A stretch of 64,000 nt of DNA from an uncultured Fidelibacterota bacterium (GTDB lineage Bacteria > Fidelibacterota > Marinisomatia > Marinisomatales > Marinisomataceae): assembly GCA_902629855.1 (NCBI GenBank), contig CACOSI010000003.1, forward strand, positions 78,721 to 142,720, written 5' to 3'. The stretch's first letter is position 1, and every line of letters begins with the position of its first letter. The notes below the pieces were generated by a model. It was not told the DNA's origin. It did no database searches and worked only from the letters and a program-made list of their open reading frames with translations. Positions 27,964 to 38,398 of this stretch are shown here, one piece after another. The position numbers were made by a program, and so were the translations under genes.

Positions 27964-29187
27964 ATGAAAAAATTATTTCCAATTATACTGCTTTTTAGTT
28001 CATTCATTACTTGTCAAAGCCTGACTTCTAATATTGACTTATATAAATCAAATATTGTCATTATACCAAAAGATAATCAATTAGAAGTAAAAACTTATGT
28101 CGAGATTTTCAACAGAAATTTACAATTTGTGAAGTTTCAAGATGGTTTTAAATCATCTTATGAACTCAAAATAGCAATAATTGATGAAAATGGTAATAGA
28201 ATTAAAGAAAAAACCGTATCTGAGGAAATCATTGTAAATAATTTTTCAGAAACTGTATCACAATCAAATCCTAAAATTATTTCAAATGATTTTATAATAC
28301 CTAAAAAACAATTTTCGGTTAACTTTGCAGTCAAAGATTTAGACACAAAACTTATAGGAAAAAGGCAAAAGAAATTTAATAAAAAACAACTTCCTTTTGA
28401 CGAAGAATTAAAAGTGTATGAACCAATATTTTTCAAGTTTAAAGACGGTGAATGGGGTTTTGATAGTAATAAATATCCATTGTCATCAAATCAAATTGTA
28501 TCAAAAAATAATTTAGTTGAAATGAATCAATTTTTTGAAATGAACAAGGGCGAATATTTTGCAAACTTTTCACTTATTTCTGAAAAAAATGAAATTTGGA
28601 ATGACTCAGTATCTGGAAATAGTGAAGGAGGAGTTGAATCTTTTTCATTTAAAATTCCTATATCTGATGCTGAATCATCAAATCTCAGGCTTAAAGTGCA
28701 ATTGTCCCAAGGAAATAAAAAATCTTCAAAATCATTTGACTTACGCTTGAAAAGAAACTTTATGCTACTTTCATCAGTTAAAAATATTTCCAAGGCTTTG
28801 GATCAAATGAATTATATTTTATCGACAGAGGAAAGAAGGAAGCTAAAAAAGTTAAAATCATCTGAAAAAGAAGATTTTTTCAAAAAAGCTTGGGCAAAAA
28901 GAGACCCCGATGTTACAACAAAAGAAAATGAGTTAATGGTGGAATATTATAAAAGGGTTTCATTTGCTGAAGAAAATTTTTCTAGAGGCACATCCGGAGG
29001 TTGGAGATCTGACATGGGCATGATCTATATTCTTTTTGGAAGGCCAGATGACATATCAAGATCTTTGAATCCTCAGCAAAATATGAATTATGAAAGGTGG
29101 TTTTATTTTAACATTAACGAAGAATTTATTTTTGTTGATGATTTTGGATTTGGAGATTACCGATTAAGGACACCGTTTTTATACTAA
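27964..29187 (+). CDS. GWxTD domain-containing protein
   Basis: W..RDP...T.ENE...EYYKRV.FA..NF, GWRSDMGMIYILFGRPD, ERWFY. Confidence 0.85.
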   Translation: MKKLFPIILLFSSFITCQSLTSNIDLYKSNIVIIPKDNQLEVKTYVEIFNRNLQFVKFQDGFKSSYELKIAIIDENGNRIKEKTVSEEIIVNNFSETVSQSNPKIISNDFIIPKKQFSVNFAVKDLDTKLIGKRQKKFNKKQLPFDEELKVYEPIFFKFKDGEWGFDSNKYPLSSNQIVSKNNLVEMNQFFEMNKGEYFANFSLISEKNEIWNDSVSGNSEGGVESFSFKIPISDAESSNLRLKVQLSQGNKKSSKSFDLRLKRNFMLLSSVKNISKALDQMNYILSTEERRKLKKLKSSEKEDFFKKAWAKRDPDVTTKENELMVEYYKRVSFAEENFSRGTSGGWRSDMGMIYILFGRPDDISRSLNPQQNMNYERWFYFNINEEFIFVDDFGFGDYRLRTPFLY

Positions 29188-29188
29188 A

Positions 29189-29710
29189 ATGAATAAAGAA
29201 AAAGTACTAGAAATTTTAAAAAAATATAAGTCATCATTCTCAAAATCTGAACAATCTTTTGTTGATGAAATCATTAAAAATAAATCTATCAATACAGATG
29301 ATCATTTTGAACTTTTTACAGATGGTGCATGTGAATTTAACAAAAAGCATGAACCAATAAATGCTGGCATAGGCGGAATACTTAAAAATAATGGTAAAGT
29401 CTTGTTTTCTTTTTCAAAAAATATTGGAATTAAGACAAACAATGAGGCAGAATATCTTGCACTTATCGAAGGCCTCCATCTTTGTCAAAAAGAAAATATC
29501 AAATCAATCAACATTTTCTTGGATAGCGAGCTAGTTGTAAAGCAGGTAAATGGAGATTATAAGGTTAAAAATGAGAGAATGGCTGTTTTACATAGGGATG
29601 TTGTAGACATACTAAAAAAATTTAGAGAATTTAATGTTGCACACGTTTATCGAGAAAATAATACTGAGGCAGACAATCTTAGTAAAGAAGCCTTGTTAAA
29701 TAAAAATTAA
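29189..29710 (+). CDS. rnhA: ribonuclease HI-like protein
   Basis: FTDGA, TNNEAEYLAL, DSELVVKQ, RENNTEAD. Confidence 0.85.
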   Translation: MNKEKVLEILKKYKSSFSKSEQSFVDEIIKNKSINTDDHFELFTDGACEFNKKHEPINAGIGGILKNNGKVLFSFSKNIGIKTNNEAEYLALIEGLHLCQKENIKSINIFLDSELVVKQVNGDYKVKNERMAVLHRDVVDILKKFREFNVAHVYRENNTEADNLSKEALLNKN

Positions 29711-29744
29711 TGTTTAATGACAAATATTTTATAAATTATCAGCC

Positions 29745-30785
29745 ATGAGTATTTTTAATTCAATAAAAAATTCAGTCTCTGACAGCTTTAATTGGGTAAG
29801 TGGAGATATTGCGATTGACCTTGGTACTGCAAATACACTTATTTGGCTTTCCGGAAAAGGTATAATAATTAATGAGCCTTCTATCATAGCTAGGTCTACC
29901 AAAACAGGACAAGTACTCGCTGTTGGTAATGAGGCTAAAGAAATGGATGGAAAAACTCATGACGGGATCGAAACTATTCGCCCATTAAGGGACGGAGTTA
30001 TTGCAGATTTCACTGCTGTAGATGAAATGCTTCAAGGATTTATTAGAAAAGTTAATTTAAATAGACTTACCAGACCGAGAATGGTCATTTGTGTCCCATC
30101 TGGTGTTACAGAGGTTGAACGAAGAGCGGTTAGAGATTCTGGAGAAAAACAAGCTGCTAGAGAAGTTTTTCTTGTGGATGAGCCAGTTGCTGCAGCTATT
30201 GGAATTGGGTTAGATATTAGTAAGCCAGTAGGTAATATCATTGTTGATATTGGAGGTGGTACTACCGAAGTAGCAGTTATATCTTTGAATGGCGTTGTTA
30301 CCAAGAAAGCTATTAGAGTTGCTGGAGATGAAATGGACGATGCGATTCAGCACTGGTTTAGAAATGAGCATAAAGTTGAAATTGGTGCCCAAACAGCTGA
30401 ACAGATTAAAATTTCAGTTGGTTCTGCTATGAGAGCTAGGTCAAGAAACATTTTAGTAAAGGGAAGAGATCTTGTTTCTGGAATTCCTAAAACAATTGAT
30501 ATCAGAACGGATGAAATAAGACAAGCACTTAAAGATCCTGTCAAAAGAATTTTGGGTGTTGTAATTGATGCGCTTGAAGATACTCCTCCAGAACTTTCTT
30601 CAGATATTATTGATAGGGGTATTGTCCTTGCTGGAGGCGGTTCCCAACTTAGAGGCCTTGATCAAGTCTTGAGAGAAAAAACAAAAGTACCTGTTAATGT
30701 TGCAGAAGAGCCGCACTTAGCAATCGTAAAAGGCTGTGGTGCAGTAATCGAAGATTTGGAAAAACATAAGCATGTTCTTCTATAA
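29745..30785 (+). CDS. mreB: rod shape-determining protein MreB
   Basis: IDLGTANT, RPLRDGVIADF, DIGGGTTEVA. Confidence 0.97.
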   Translation: MSIFNSIKNSVSDSFNWVSGDIAIDLGTANTLIWLSGKGIIINEPSIIARSTKTGQVLAVGNEAKEMDGKTHDGIETIRPLRDGVIADFTAVDEMLQGFIRKVNLNRLTRPRMVICVPSGVTEVERRAVRDSGEKQAAREVFLVDEPVAAAIGIGLDISKPVGNIIVDIGGGTTEVAVISLNGVVTKKAIRVAGDEMDDAIQHWFRNEHKVEIGAQTAEQIKISVGSAMRARSRNILVKGRDLVSGIPKTIDIRTDEIRQALKDPVKRILGVVIDALEDTPPELSSDIIDRGIVLAGGGSQLRGLDQVLREKTKVPVNVAEEPHLAIVKGCGAVIEDLEKHKHVLL

Positions 30786-30787
30786 AT

Positions 30788-31576
30788 ATGTCTAAAGTCC
30801 CATTAATTTTCAAAGATTATCAAGAAAATATCGTTTTAGCTCTGTGTGTTATTATTTCTTGCATTTTTATTTTTAACAATGACTCTAACTTTATTAAAAA
30901 TACAAAATCCAAATCTGTGGACAAATTTTCTTTTTTGTATGCTCCATTTAATTGGTTAGATAATCAGTTATTTTTGAATAAAAAATTAGAAGTACTTTCT
31001 TCTGAAAATTTAAAATTAAATCTTGAGAATCAAGTTTTGAAAGTTCACGAAACAGAAAATAAAAGGTATCGTGAATTTTTGAATTTTAAGAAGCGAGATA
31101 ATTACATCTTTATGGGAGCAGATGTAATATCTAAAGGAGTAAGTTCAAACATGTCATCTGTGGTTATTGATCGAGGGTTAGAAGATTTCGTAAAAATAAA
31201 TTCTCCAGTTCTTTCTTCAAGAGGTGTTGTAGGTAAAATTACTTCGGTTTCTGCAAACTCATCTGAAGTACAATTAATAAGTGATGTAAATTTCAGATTG
31301 AGTGTAAAAATTGTTCCCGATGAGGTAGAGGGAATTCTTCGTTGGATTCGAGATGATATTTGCGAAATAAATGAGATAAAAAAAATATCTGATATCGAAA
31401 TTGGGGATGTGGTAGTAACATCAAATTTAAGTATTTATTTTCCGCCTAATCTCCCAATTGGAGAAGTAATAAGTATTTTTGAAAAGTCTGATAGTTCAAA
31501 TCGAACGGTTAGATTAAAACTTTTCTCAGATTTAGCAACTTTAAATCAATTATTTATTGTAAACGAGGGTATATAA
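30788..31576 (+). CDS. mreC: MreC
   Basis: TM plus coiled coil, VIDRG, GDVVVTS, PIGEV; synteny. Confidence 0.9.
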   Translation: MSKVPLIFKDYQENIVLALCVIISCIFIFNNDSNFIKNTKSKSVDKFSFLYAPFNWLDNQLFLNKKLEVLSSENLKLNLENQVLKVHETENKRYREFLNFKKRDNYIFMGADVISKGVSSNMSSVVIDRGLEDFVKINSPVLSSRGVVGKITSVSANSSEVQLISDVNFRLSVKIVPDEVEGILRWIRDDICEINEIKKISDIEIGDVVVTSNLSIYFPPNLPIGEVISIFEKSDSSNRTVRLKLFSDLATLNQLFIVNEGI

Positions 31577-31578
31577 AA

Positions 31579-32055
31579 TTGGGCTTTTACTTTAAATTTT
31601 TTCCGTTAGCAGTAATTATTCAACTTATTTTTTCTGAATTGCTAACATTCAATGGTTATCAAGCAAATATCATGCTTTTATTTGTTATTTTATCATCCAT
31701 GCCCCTTGGTAATGCAACTCAATCAACATTTCTAGGCTTCTTTGTTGGTATTTTTACAGATTTTATTTTATTTAGTGGAACTTACGTTGGTGTTTCGAGT
31801 TTAGTCTTCTCAATTTGTGGTTTTTGGGCCTCTAAAGTTAGTTATAATTTTGCCTTCAGGAATTTTGATTTTTATTGGATATCATTAGTACATCTAGGAA
31901 TAGCTATTTATTCACTTTTTAGATATGATTATTTCTTTTTCAATAATTTTGGATTATTTATTGCTAATTGGTTTTTTGTCACTTATTTCACATGTTTTAT
32001 TGGGCTAGTTATAGTTAAGGTATTTTCTTTAAAAGAGGTATTAATAGATGCTTAA
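31579..32055 (+). CDS. mreD: MreD-like membrane protein
   Basis: Hydrophobic, GFFVGIFTD, between mreC and mrdA. Confidence 0.75.
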   Translation: MGFYFKFFPLAVIIQLIFSELLTFNGYQANIMLLFVILSSMPLGNATQSTFLGFFVGIFTDFILFSGTYVGVSSLVFSICGFWASKVSYNFAFRNFDFYWISLVHLGIAIYSLFRYDYFFFNNFGLFIANWFFVTYFTCFIGLVIVKVFSLKEVLIDA

Positions 32056-33823
32056 AATTGATAATAAAGCTGACATTTTTCACTACAGAACATTAATGGC
32101 TATTCTAACTTTTTCTATGTTGTTATTGGTTGGTAGATATTTTCATTTACAGATAATAGAGCATGAAAGATTTTTTTCTAAGTCACAGGTAAATAGAGTA
32201 AAGGCTAAAGCTTCATATGCTCCCAGAGGTTTGATTGTTGATAGAAATGGCGTTGTTATAGTTGAAAATTCTCCTACATACATTTTGACAGTAACACCAT
32301 ATGAAATGAAAAACATTGAAGAGCAATTTGATAAAATATCTAGCATTATTAGTGTACCAATTGAAGAAATAGAAAGAAGATACAAGAAATATTATCGTGG
32401 AAGATTTTTACCAACTGTAATTGCTAAAAATCTATCGTTTGCACAAATCTCTCAAATTGAAGAAATGAAATTAGATTTTCCAGGTGTGCAGTATGAAAGA
32501 TTTGATGAAAGATTATATAATACAGAATTAAATGATATGCATATTCTTGGATACTTAAGAGAACTTGATCGTGAGACAATACCTACACTTGATAAGAGCT
32601 CATTATATCGAGCTGGAGAATTAATTGGATGGCAAGGAGTTGAAAGGGAGTATGAAAAAGAATTAAGATACTCCAAAGGAGTTAATTACATCGAGGTTGA
32701 TACTTATGGAAGAGAAATAGAAAACTTAAATAGTAACAATATTCCAGCATATCCTGGAAAAAACTTAGTTTTAACAATTGATAGTGAATTACAGAAATTC
32801 AGCAGAAATCTTCTTGAAGGAAAAAAAGGCTCAATAATTGTTTCTAAAGTTAATTCCGGTGAAATTTTATCAATTGTAAGTAGTCCTTCATATAATTTAA
32901 GTATTTTTAGAGGAGAAACTTCGAGTAAAGAATGGGAAGAATTAATTGAAAGTGAAGATAAGCCTATTTTAAACCGAAACATTTCAGGCCTTTATCCTCC
33001 AGGTTCGTCTTTCAAAATTGTTACAGCAATAAATTTAATTGAGAAAGGATTGCTTGATCCGGAAGATAATTTGATGTGTGCTGGATCCTACACTCCGCAA
33101 GGCAGTTCAAATACTTTCAATTGTTGGAAAGAAGATGGTCACGGTCTAGTAAACCTTAGAAAAGCCATTTCTGAATCTTGTAACGTTTATTTTTACGAAA
33201 CTGTTCAGCTAATTAAACTAAATGAATGGATTTCAACTGCAAAGAAATTTGGCTTCAATCAATTGACCGAAATTGATTTACCAAATGAGATTGTTGGACT
33301 AATTCCTGATAAAGAGTTTTTTATAGATACATATGGAAGATGGGGTTGGTCAGAGAGGGGTGTTCTACTCAATATGACTTTAGGTCAAGGTGATATTTTA
33401 GTTACACCATTACAATCATTACGTTATATAAATCACATCGCTTCAAAAGGAAAAAATACGGCTAAACTTAAAATTAACCTCAACAAGCCTACAGAATTTT
33501 ATGAACCTATAAATTTATCTGAACAAACTTGGGTGAGGTTATATGATGGTTTGTACGATGTTGTCAATTCTGATGGTGGAAGTGGATGGAGAGCACGCCA
33601 AATAAAGACAGGTATCACTTTATATGGAAAAACAAGTACAGCAGAAAATCCTCATGGCGAACCACATGCATGGTTTAATGGATTTTTTGATCTAAATGGT
33701 GAAAAGTATTCTCTTGTTGTTATGGTTGAAAATGGAGGTGGAGGTGGCGCTGTTGCTTCACCAATAGCTGGAGAATTAGTTAATTTTATAAGCAGTAATA
33801 TTGAATTTTTAGCAAAAAAATAA
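32048..33823 (+). CDS. mrdA: penicillin-binding protein 2
   Basis: APRGLIVDRNG, PGSSFK (SxxK), SCN, KTSTAE. Confidence 0.93.
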   Translation: MLKIDNKADIFHYRTLMAILTFSMLLLVGRYFHLQIIEHERFFSKSQVNRVKAKASYAPRGLIVDRNGVVIVENSPTYILTVTPYEMKNIEEQFDKISSIISVPIEEIERRYKKYYRGRFLPTVIAKNLSFAQISQIEEMKLDFPGVQYERFDERLYNTELNDMHILGYLRELDRETIPTLDKSSLYRAGELIGWQGVEREYEKELRYSKGVNYIEVDTYGREIENLNSNNIPAYPGKNLVLTIDSELQKFSRNLLEGKKGSIIVSKVNSGEILSIVSSPSYNLSIFRGETSSKEWEELIESEDKPILNRNISGLYPPGSSFKIVTAINLIEKGLLDPEDNLMCAGSYTPQGSSNTFNCWKEDGHGLVNLRKAISESCNVYFYETVQLIKLNEWISTAKKFGFNQLTEIDLPNEIVGLIPDKEFFIDTYGRWGWSERGVLLNMTLGQGDILVTPLQSLRYINHIASKGKNTAKLKINLNKPTEFYEPINLSEQTWVRLYDGLYDVVNSDGGSGWRARQIKTGITLYGKTSTAENPHGEPHAWFNGFFDLNGEKYSLVVMVENGGGGGAVASPIAGELVNFISSNIEFLAKK

Positions 33824-33824
33824 A

Positions 33825-35030
33825 ATGATATATGGTTCTATAAATAACGATTTACAGAAACTTTACCTTATCGTTACTTCTTTACTTGTTTTTGGATTAG
33901 TTACTTTGTTTAGCATATCTTCAGACCCATTTTCTTTTAATAGCAGTTTTTCAAGGCAGATAATCTTCATATTATTTTCTCTCTTTATATTTTTTTTACT
34001 AAAAGCTGTTGACATTAAAGCTATTCACGATAATTCCATAACAATTTATTTAATATCAATTTTTGTTTGTTTCATTCCATTTTTTATGCCACCTGTCGAA
34101 AATACATCACGATGGATAGATTTAGGCTTATTTTATATTCAGCCTGCAGAATATTTAAAATGTGCAACAGTAATAGCCATTGCAAAATATTTATCCAACA
34201 ATCAGTTGGCTGTAAAAGATATGAGCACCGTAATTGTTCCAGTTTTAATTGCTTCTTTGTCAGCATTCATTGTATTAAATCAGCCTGATCTAGGTACTTC
34301 AGTAATTATTTTAGTACCAGTCTTACCAATGCTTTTGTGGGCTGGTGTGAATAATTTCACAATTTTCTTAATGATTATTCCATTTATAACAATTATTGCG
34401 GCATCAAACGATTTAGCATTTAATATTTGGGCTTTTTTAATGTTTGTAATGTTTATGTTATTTCAAGGAAAGCTATTAAATAGAATTCTATTATATTTTG
34501 CAAATATATTTGCTGGACTATTGTTTCCTTTTTTTTGGAATAATTTTTTAAACGGTTATCAAAGACAAAGATTCTTAGACTTTTTAAATCCAGATTTGGA
34601 TCCAATGGGTTCATCCTATCATATTATTCAAAGTATTACTGCAATCGGTTCAGGAGGTTTGTTTGGTAAAGGGTGGGGACAAGGGACACAAACTCAACTT
34701 AAATTTTTACCAGTTCAAGAATCAGATTTTATATTATCAGTTATTGCCGAAGAATTTGGTTTTTTAGGAATTTCTTTAATTATGTTTTTATTTTTTATGC
34801 TCATAAAAACATTATTAGATATTGCTTTTAGATGTTCTGATTACTTTTCCAGTTTAGTAATTGTTGGTTTAACATCGATATTGTTTTCGCACATCTTCAT
34901 TAATTCGGCTATGACAATTGGTCTAATGCCAGTAAAAGGTTTACCAACTCCTTTTGTTTCAGCAGGGGGTTCTTTTATGTTGCTTTGTTTTGTAATCTTA
35001 TCTTTAGTATCTAATTTTTCAAAAAATTAA
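33825..35030 (+). CDS. rodA: SEDS protein RodA
   Basis: IQPAEY, QPDLGT, AIGSGG, FLPVQESDFI. Confidence 0.92.
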   Translation: MIYGSINNDLQKLYLIVTSLLVFGLVTLFSISSDPFSFNSSFSRQIIFILFSLFIFFLLKAVDIKAIHDNSITIYLISIFVCFIPFFMPPVENTSRWIDLGLFYIQPAEYLKCATVIAIAKYLSNNQLAVKDMSTVIVPVLIASLSAFIVLNQPDLGTSVIILVPVLPMLLWAGVNNFTIFLMIIPFITIIAASNDLAFNIWAFLMFVMFMLFQGKLLNRILLYFANIFAGLLFPFFWNNFLNGYQRQRFLDFLNPDLDPMGSSYHIIQSITAIGSGGLFGKGWGQGTQTQLKFLPVQESDFILSVIAEEFGFLGISLIMFLFFMLIKTLLDIAFRCSDYFSSLVIVGLTSILFSHIFINSAMTIGLMPVKGLPTPFVSAGGSFMLLCFVILSLVSNFSKN

Positions 35031-35087
35031 TTATTATTGGCAGTTGTAGTTTTGTATCGTATTTACTAAATTGCTTTGCTCAATATC

Positions 35088-35894
35088 ATGAATAAAAAAC
35101 TCTTTTATATCAATAGTGAAATGGAACCATTTGCGTCTGTTTCAGAAAACGCACAAATCTCGGTTGATATTCCCTTGGGTCTTCAAGAAAAAGGTAATGA
35201 TGTCAGATGTCTAATGCCAAAGTATGGTTTCATTAGCGAGAGAAAGTATATTCTTCGAGAAGTTATTAGACTTAAAGAAATACTCTTTGATTTCAATGAT
35301 GTCCACTATCAATGTTCTGCTAAAAGTGCTTTTCTTCCAAAATCTAGACTTCAGGTTTATTTTTTAGAAAATGAAGATTTTTTTGGAGATTTAAATACTC
35401 TTTTATATAAATCTAAAAATGGAAGATATTTATCAGATAATGATACAAGATTTGCATTTTATTGTCTTGCTGCTATCAAAATGCTTCCTAATCTTTTTTG
35501 GTTTCCAAATGTTTTAATTTGTAATGGCTGGACATCTGCGCTTGTACCTTTTTTACTTAAAAACTTATCTACACAGCAAAAAGATTTATCAAAAATAAAA
35601 ACTGTTTTTTTATCAAGCTCATCAAACAGTGACGTTATTTTTGATTCAAAAAATTTACCATTTGACGATGGAACAATTAGTGAGCTAAAATCATTAAATC
35701 TTAATCAAATAGGATGTAAATATGCTGATGCTACTTTACTAGTTGACAATGATGAAAAATTTTCAAATAAAATAATGAAAACAAAAGTATTTAAAGATTC
35801 TAAAACTTGTTCAATGATTGATATAAGTAAAAAAGAGGATGAAAAATCTTCTTTATTACTTGAAAAAATTGAAAAGGTTATTAAAAGCTTATAA
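35088..35894 (+). CDS. glycogen/starch synthase N-terminal-domain-only protein
   Basis: SEMEPF, VRCLMPKYG, EVIRL, DNDTRFAFY, ICNGW; lacks KTGGL and the second GT-B domain. Confidence 0.75.
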   Translation: MNKKLFYINSEMEPFASVSENAQISVDIPLGLQEKGNDVRCLMPKYGFISERKYILREVIRLKEILFDFNDVHYQCSAKSAFLPKSRLQVYFLENEDFFGDLNTLLYKSKNGRYLSDNDTRFAFYCLAAIKMLPNLFWFPNVLICNGWTSALVPFLLKNLSTQQKDLSKIKTVFLSSSSNSDVIFDSKNLPFDDGTISELKSLNLNQIGCKYADATLLVDNDEKFSNKIMKTKVFKDSKTCSMIDISKKEDEKSSLLLEKIEKVIKSL

Positions 35895-35895
35895 T

Positions 35896-37146
35896 ATGTC
35901 TAATAAAAATATCATTTCATTTGTTTTCATTCTTTTTATTTTTGGATTTATAACTTCTTGCAGTGAAGAATCAGTAATCTATTCTGAAGTTGAAATTTCT
36001 GAAGATACCGTAAGAACTTTTTCATTACCATCAAGCAGGAGTAAAGTTTTTCAATCATTCCCCAAAGTAGGTATAGATAGCAAGCTTTATTTTGGAGAAG
36101 TCAAAGGAAACAAAAATCGCTTTTCATTGCTCCAATTAACATTATTTTCAGGAAATCTTCCACCGACAGAAATGTCAGATCTATTAGCTGATTCAATTCA
36201 AATAGATAGTGCAATGGTTTACTTTGAAACAAGCGATTCTCTTGATTTAGCTAATTTTTCTCTACACGCTATTTTGACTGACCAAGAAAGTATTTTTGAT
36301 GAAGATTCAACAAATTATTATAATCTTGATGAGTATTATGATTTTGAAAATAATTCTTTACAGATAAGTGAAGCTATCATAAATAGTGAAAATATTTTAG
36401 CGCCAGATACTACTGGGTTCGATACGTTAAAATTTATGATTCAAGATGAAAATTTAGAAACTTTTAAAGAAAATTTTTTAGACACAAGTTCAAATCCTGC
36501 TCGAACATTGATGATTCGTGAAGATGGTCATTTTTTAAATAGCTTATTTACTTTAGAAAGCCATCAATCAAACAATAGTCCAAAAATGCGTGTATGGTAT
36601 AAGGCTTTTATCGATGAGACAACCACGTTAGATACGTTTATAACATTTTTTTCATTTGAAGATGTAAGTATAATCGAACCTCCTGAAATTGATGAAGATG
36701 ACCCTAATTTTATAACTCTCAATTCAGGATCTGGCTTGAGATCTATTGTTGAATATGACCTAACTTATCTTGATTCTTTACCAAGAAATGCCATTGTTAA
36801 AGATGCAAATTTGATTTTAGATTTTGAAAGTTCAAATTTACTTGAAGATGAAAACTTTAGAGTGGTTGTCGCTGCACTTCAAGATTCAATTTCAGATTGG
36901 AACTTTATTAGTCCAACTGATGAAGACTTTGAATACCAATCTTACAGTGTAAATGCAAATTTTGTTGTTTCTCAAAACCAGGATAATTTTCAGCTTAAAA
37001 TACCTATTGAGGCTTTTTTGCAAGGATACAAAAATGGACTTTTTACAGTAGATGAATTACTACTATATAGTGCAAATACTAATAGTCCATTTGATAAGGT
37101 TAGATTAAATCTAAACTCTATTGAGGTTTTATATGTTGAACCGTAA
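35896..37146 (+). CDS. lipoprotein, DUF4270-like
   Basis: Lipobox ITSC, acidic beta-rich sequence, directly follows the half glycogen synthase as in Bacteroidota (family call by synteny). Confidence 0.45.
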   Translation: MSNKNIISFVFILFIFGFITSCSEESVIYSEVEISEDTVRTFSLPSSRSKVFQSFPKVGIDSKLYFGEVKGNKNRFSLLQLTLFSGNLPPTEMSDLLADSIQIDSAMVYFETSDSLDLANFSLHAILTDQESIFDEDSTNYYNLDEYYDFENNSLQISEAIINSENILAPDTTGFDTLKFMIQDENLETFKENFLDTSSNPARTLMIREDGHFLNSLFTLESHQSNNSPKMRVWYKAFIDETTTLDTFITFFSFEDVSIIEPPEIDEDDPNFITLNSGSGLRSIVEYDLTYLDSLPRNAIVKDANLILDFESSNLLEDENFRVVVAALQDSISDWNFISPTDEDFEYQSYSVNANFVVSQNQDNFQLKIPIEAFLQGYKNGLFTVDELLLYSANTNSPFDKVRLNLNSIEVLYVEP

Positions 37147-38380
37147 AATAGCCTTATTTTTATTTCTTTCATCAATTTATTGTCAAACTTCCCTTAGTGG
37201 ATATGGGTATGGAAATATTGAAAACAATTCAGATTTAAGATCATTTGGCTCAAGTAGTGAATTATTACCTTCTTTTAAAAATAATGTATCTTTAACGAAT
37301 CCTTCGACATGGCATAACCTTCTTTTTACTTATTTAAACACATCATTAAATGTTCAAAGCGCTGAATTTCAGTCAACAACGCAAAATAATTTTTCACTTT
37401 CCTCTGCTAAATTAGTTGTACCATGGAAAGGAAAAATGTCTTTTGGGTTGTCATTTGAACCTTATTTAAACCGTCAATTGACAATTAGTGACTCTACAGC
37501 TACTTCTTATGAATTAGATGATGAAAATTCTTTCGATGTGAGAAGAGAAAGATTTTCTTCCGGCGGACCATCAGTCATCAAGATGAGCTATGGTTATAAA
37601 TTGAATGATAATGAAAGTGTTGGAGTAACTCTTGGAACAATTTTTGGTTCATCAAGATCATCTATAAACCTTATTATTGATGAAGAAAATCACTTACTTC
37701 AATCAAGAGACTATTTCTCGGGAAATGTTGTGGATTTTTATATTTCTAGTAAAAGATTATCTTTTAAAACCAAACCATTAATTTTATCAGCCAATTATCA
37801 TTTTCCAATTAATGGAATTAATGTAGAAAATGATACTTATCAAGCATTTCTTGATTTAAATGATAACAATTATCATGATTTAGATGATTTCCCTGATGTT
37901 GGCCAAGCATTGTTACCTTTGAATTTTAACTTTAAAGATGAAATCTCAATTAACTCGCTAAGATTAGGCGCTGATTATGAATTTAAAAAAAATCATCACT
38001 TACAATTTGAATTGTTAGATTGGAAAGATAATGGAAAGCATATTTCGAACAATTCAGTTGTTCCTGGATACATAAAATCAAGAAGTAAAATAAGTTTTGG
38101 ATTTGCAAGTTTTGTAGATCAGTTTGAAAGAGAAAAAATTAATTATAAAGCTTCTATATTTTTTCAAGATTATGAAGTTAAAAGTCTTGAAAATATTAAT
38201 GAAGTTGGTTTAGGTTTAGGTATTGGGTTTAATTTTGGAATAACAGCAAATCAAATTGATTTTGGCTATCAGTTTATCAATAGAAGTGGCATACATTTGA
38301 TTGATAATGAAAAAATTCAAAACTTTACAATTGGAATTAGTATTGGTGATTTGTGGTTCGTAAAGAGGAGAGAAATTTAA
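37133..38380 (+). CDS. outer membrane beta-barrel protein
   Basis: Signal peptide, SGYGYG and NPS motifs, alternating strands, C-terminal DLWFVKR. Confidence 0.65.
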   Translation: MLNRKIALFLFLSSIYCQTSLSGYGYGNIENNSDLRSFGSSSELLPSFKNNVSLTNPSTWHNLLFTYLNTSLNVQSAEFQSTTQNNFSLSSAKLVVPWKGKMSFGLSFEPYLNRQLTISDSTATSYELDDENSFDVRRERFSSGGPSVIKMSYGYKLNDNESVGVTLGTIFGSSRSSINLIIDEENHLLQSRDYFSGNVVDFYISSKRLSFKTKPLILSANYHFPINGINVENDTYQAFLDLNDNNYHDLDDFPDVGQALLPLNFNFKDEISINSLRLGADYEFKKNHHLQFELLDWKDNGKHISNNSVVPGYIKSRSKISFGFASFVDQFEREKINYKASIFFQDYEVKSLENINEVGLGLGIGFNFGITANQIDFGYQFINRSGIHLIDNEKIQNFTIGISIGDLWFVKRREI

Positions 38381-38398
38381 ATAAATGGAAAATATATC

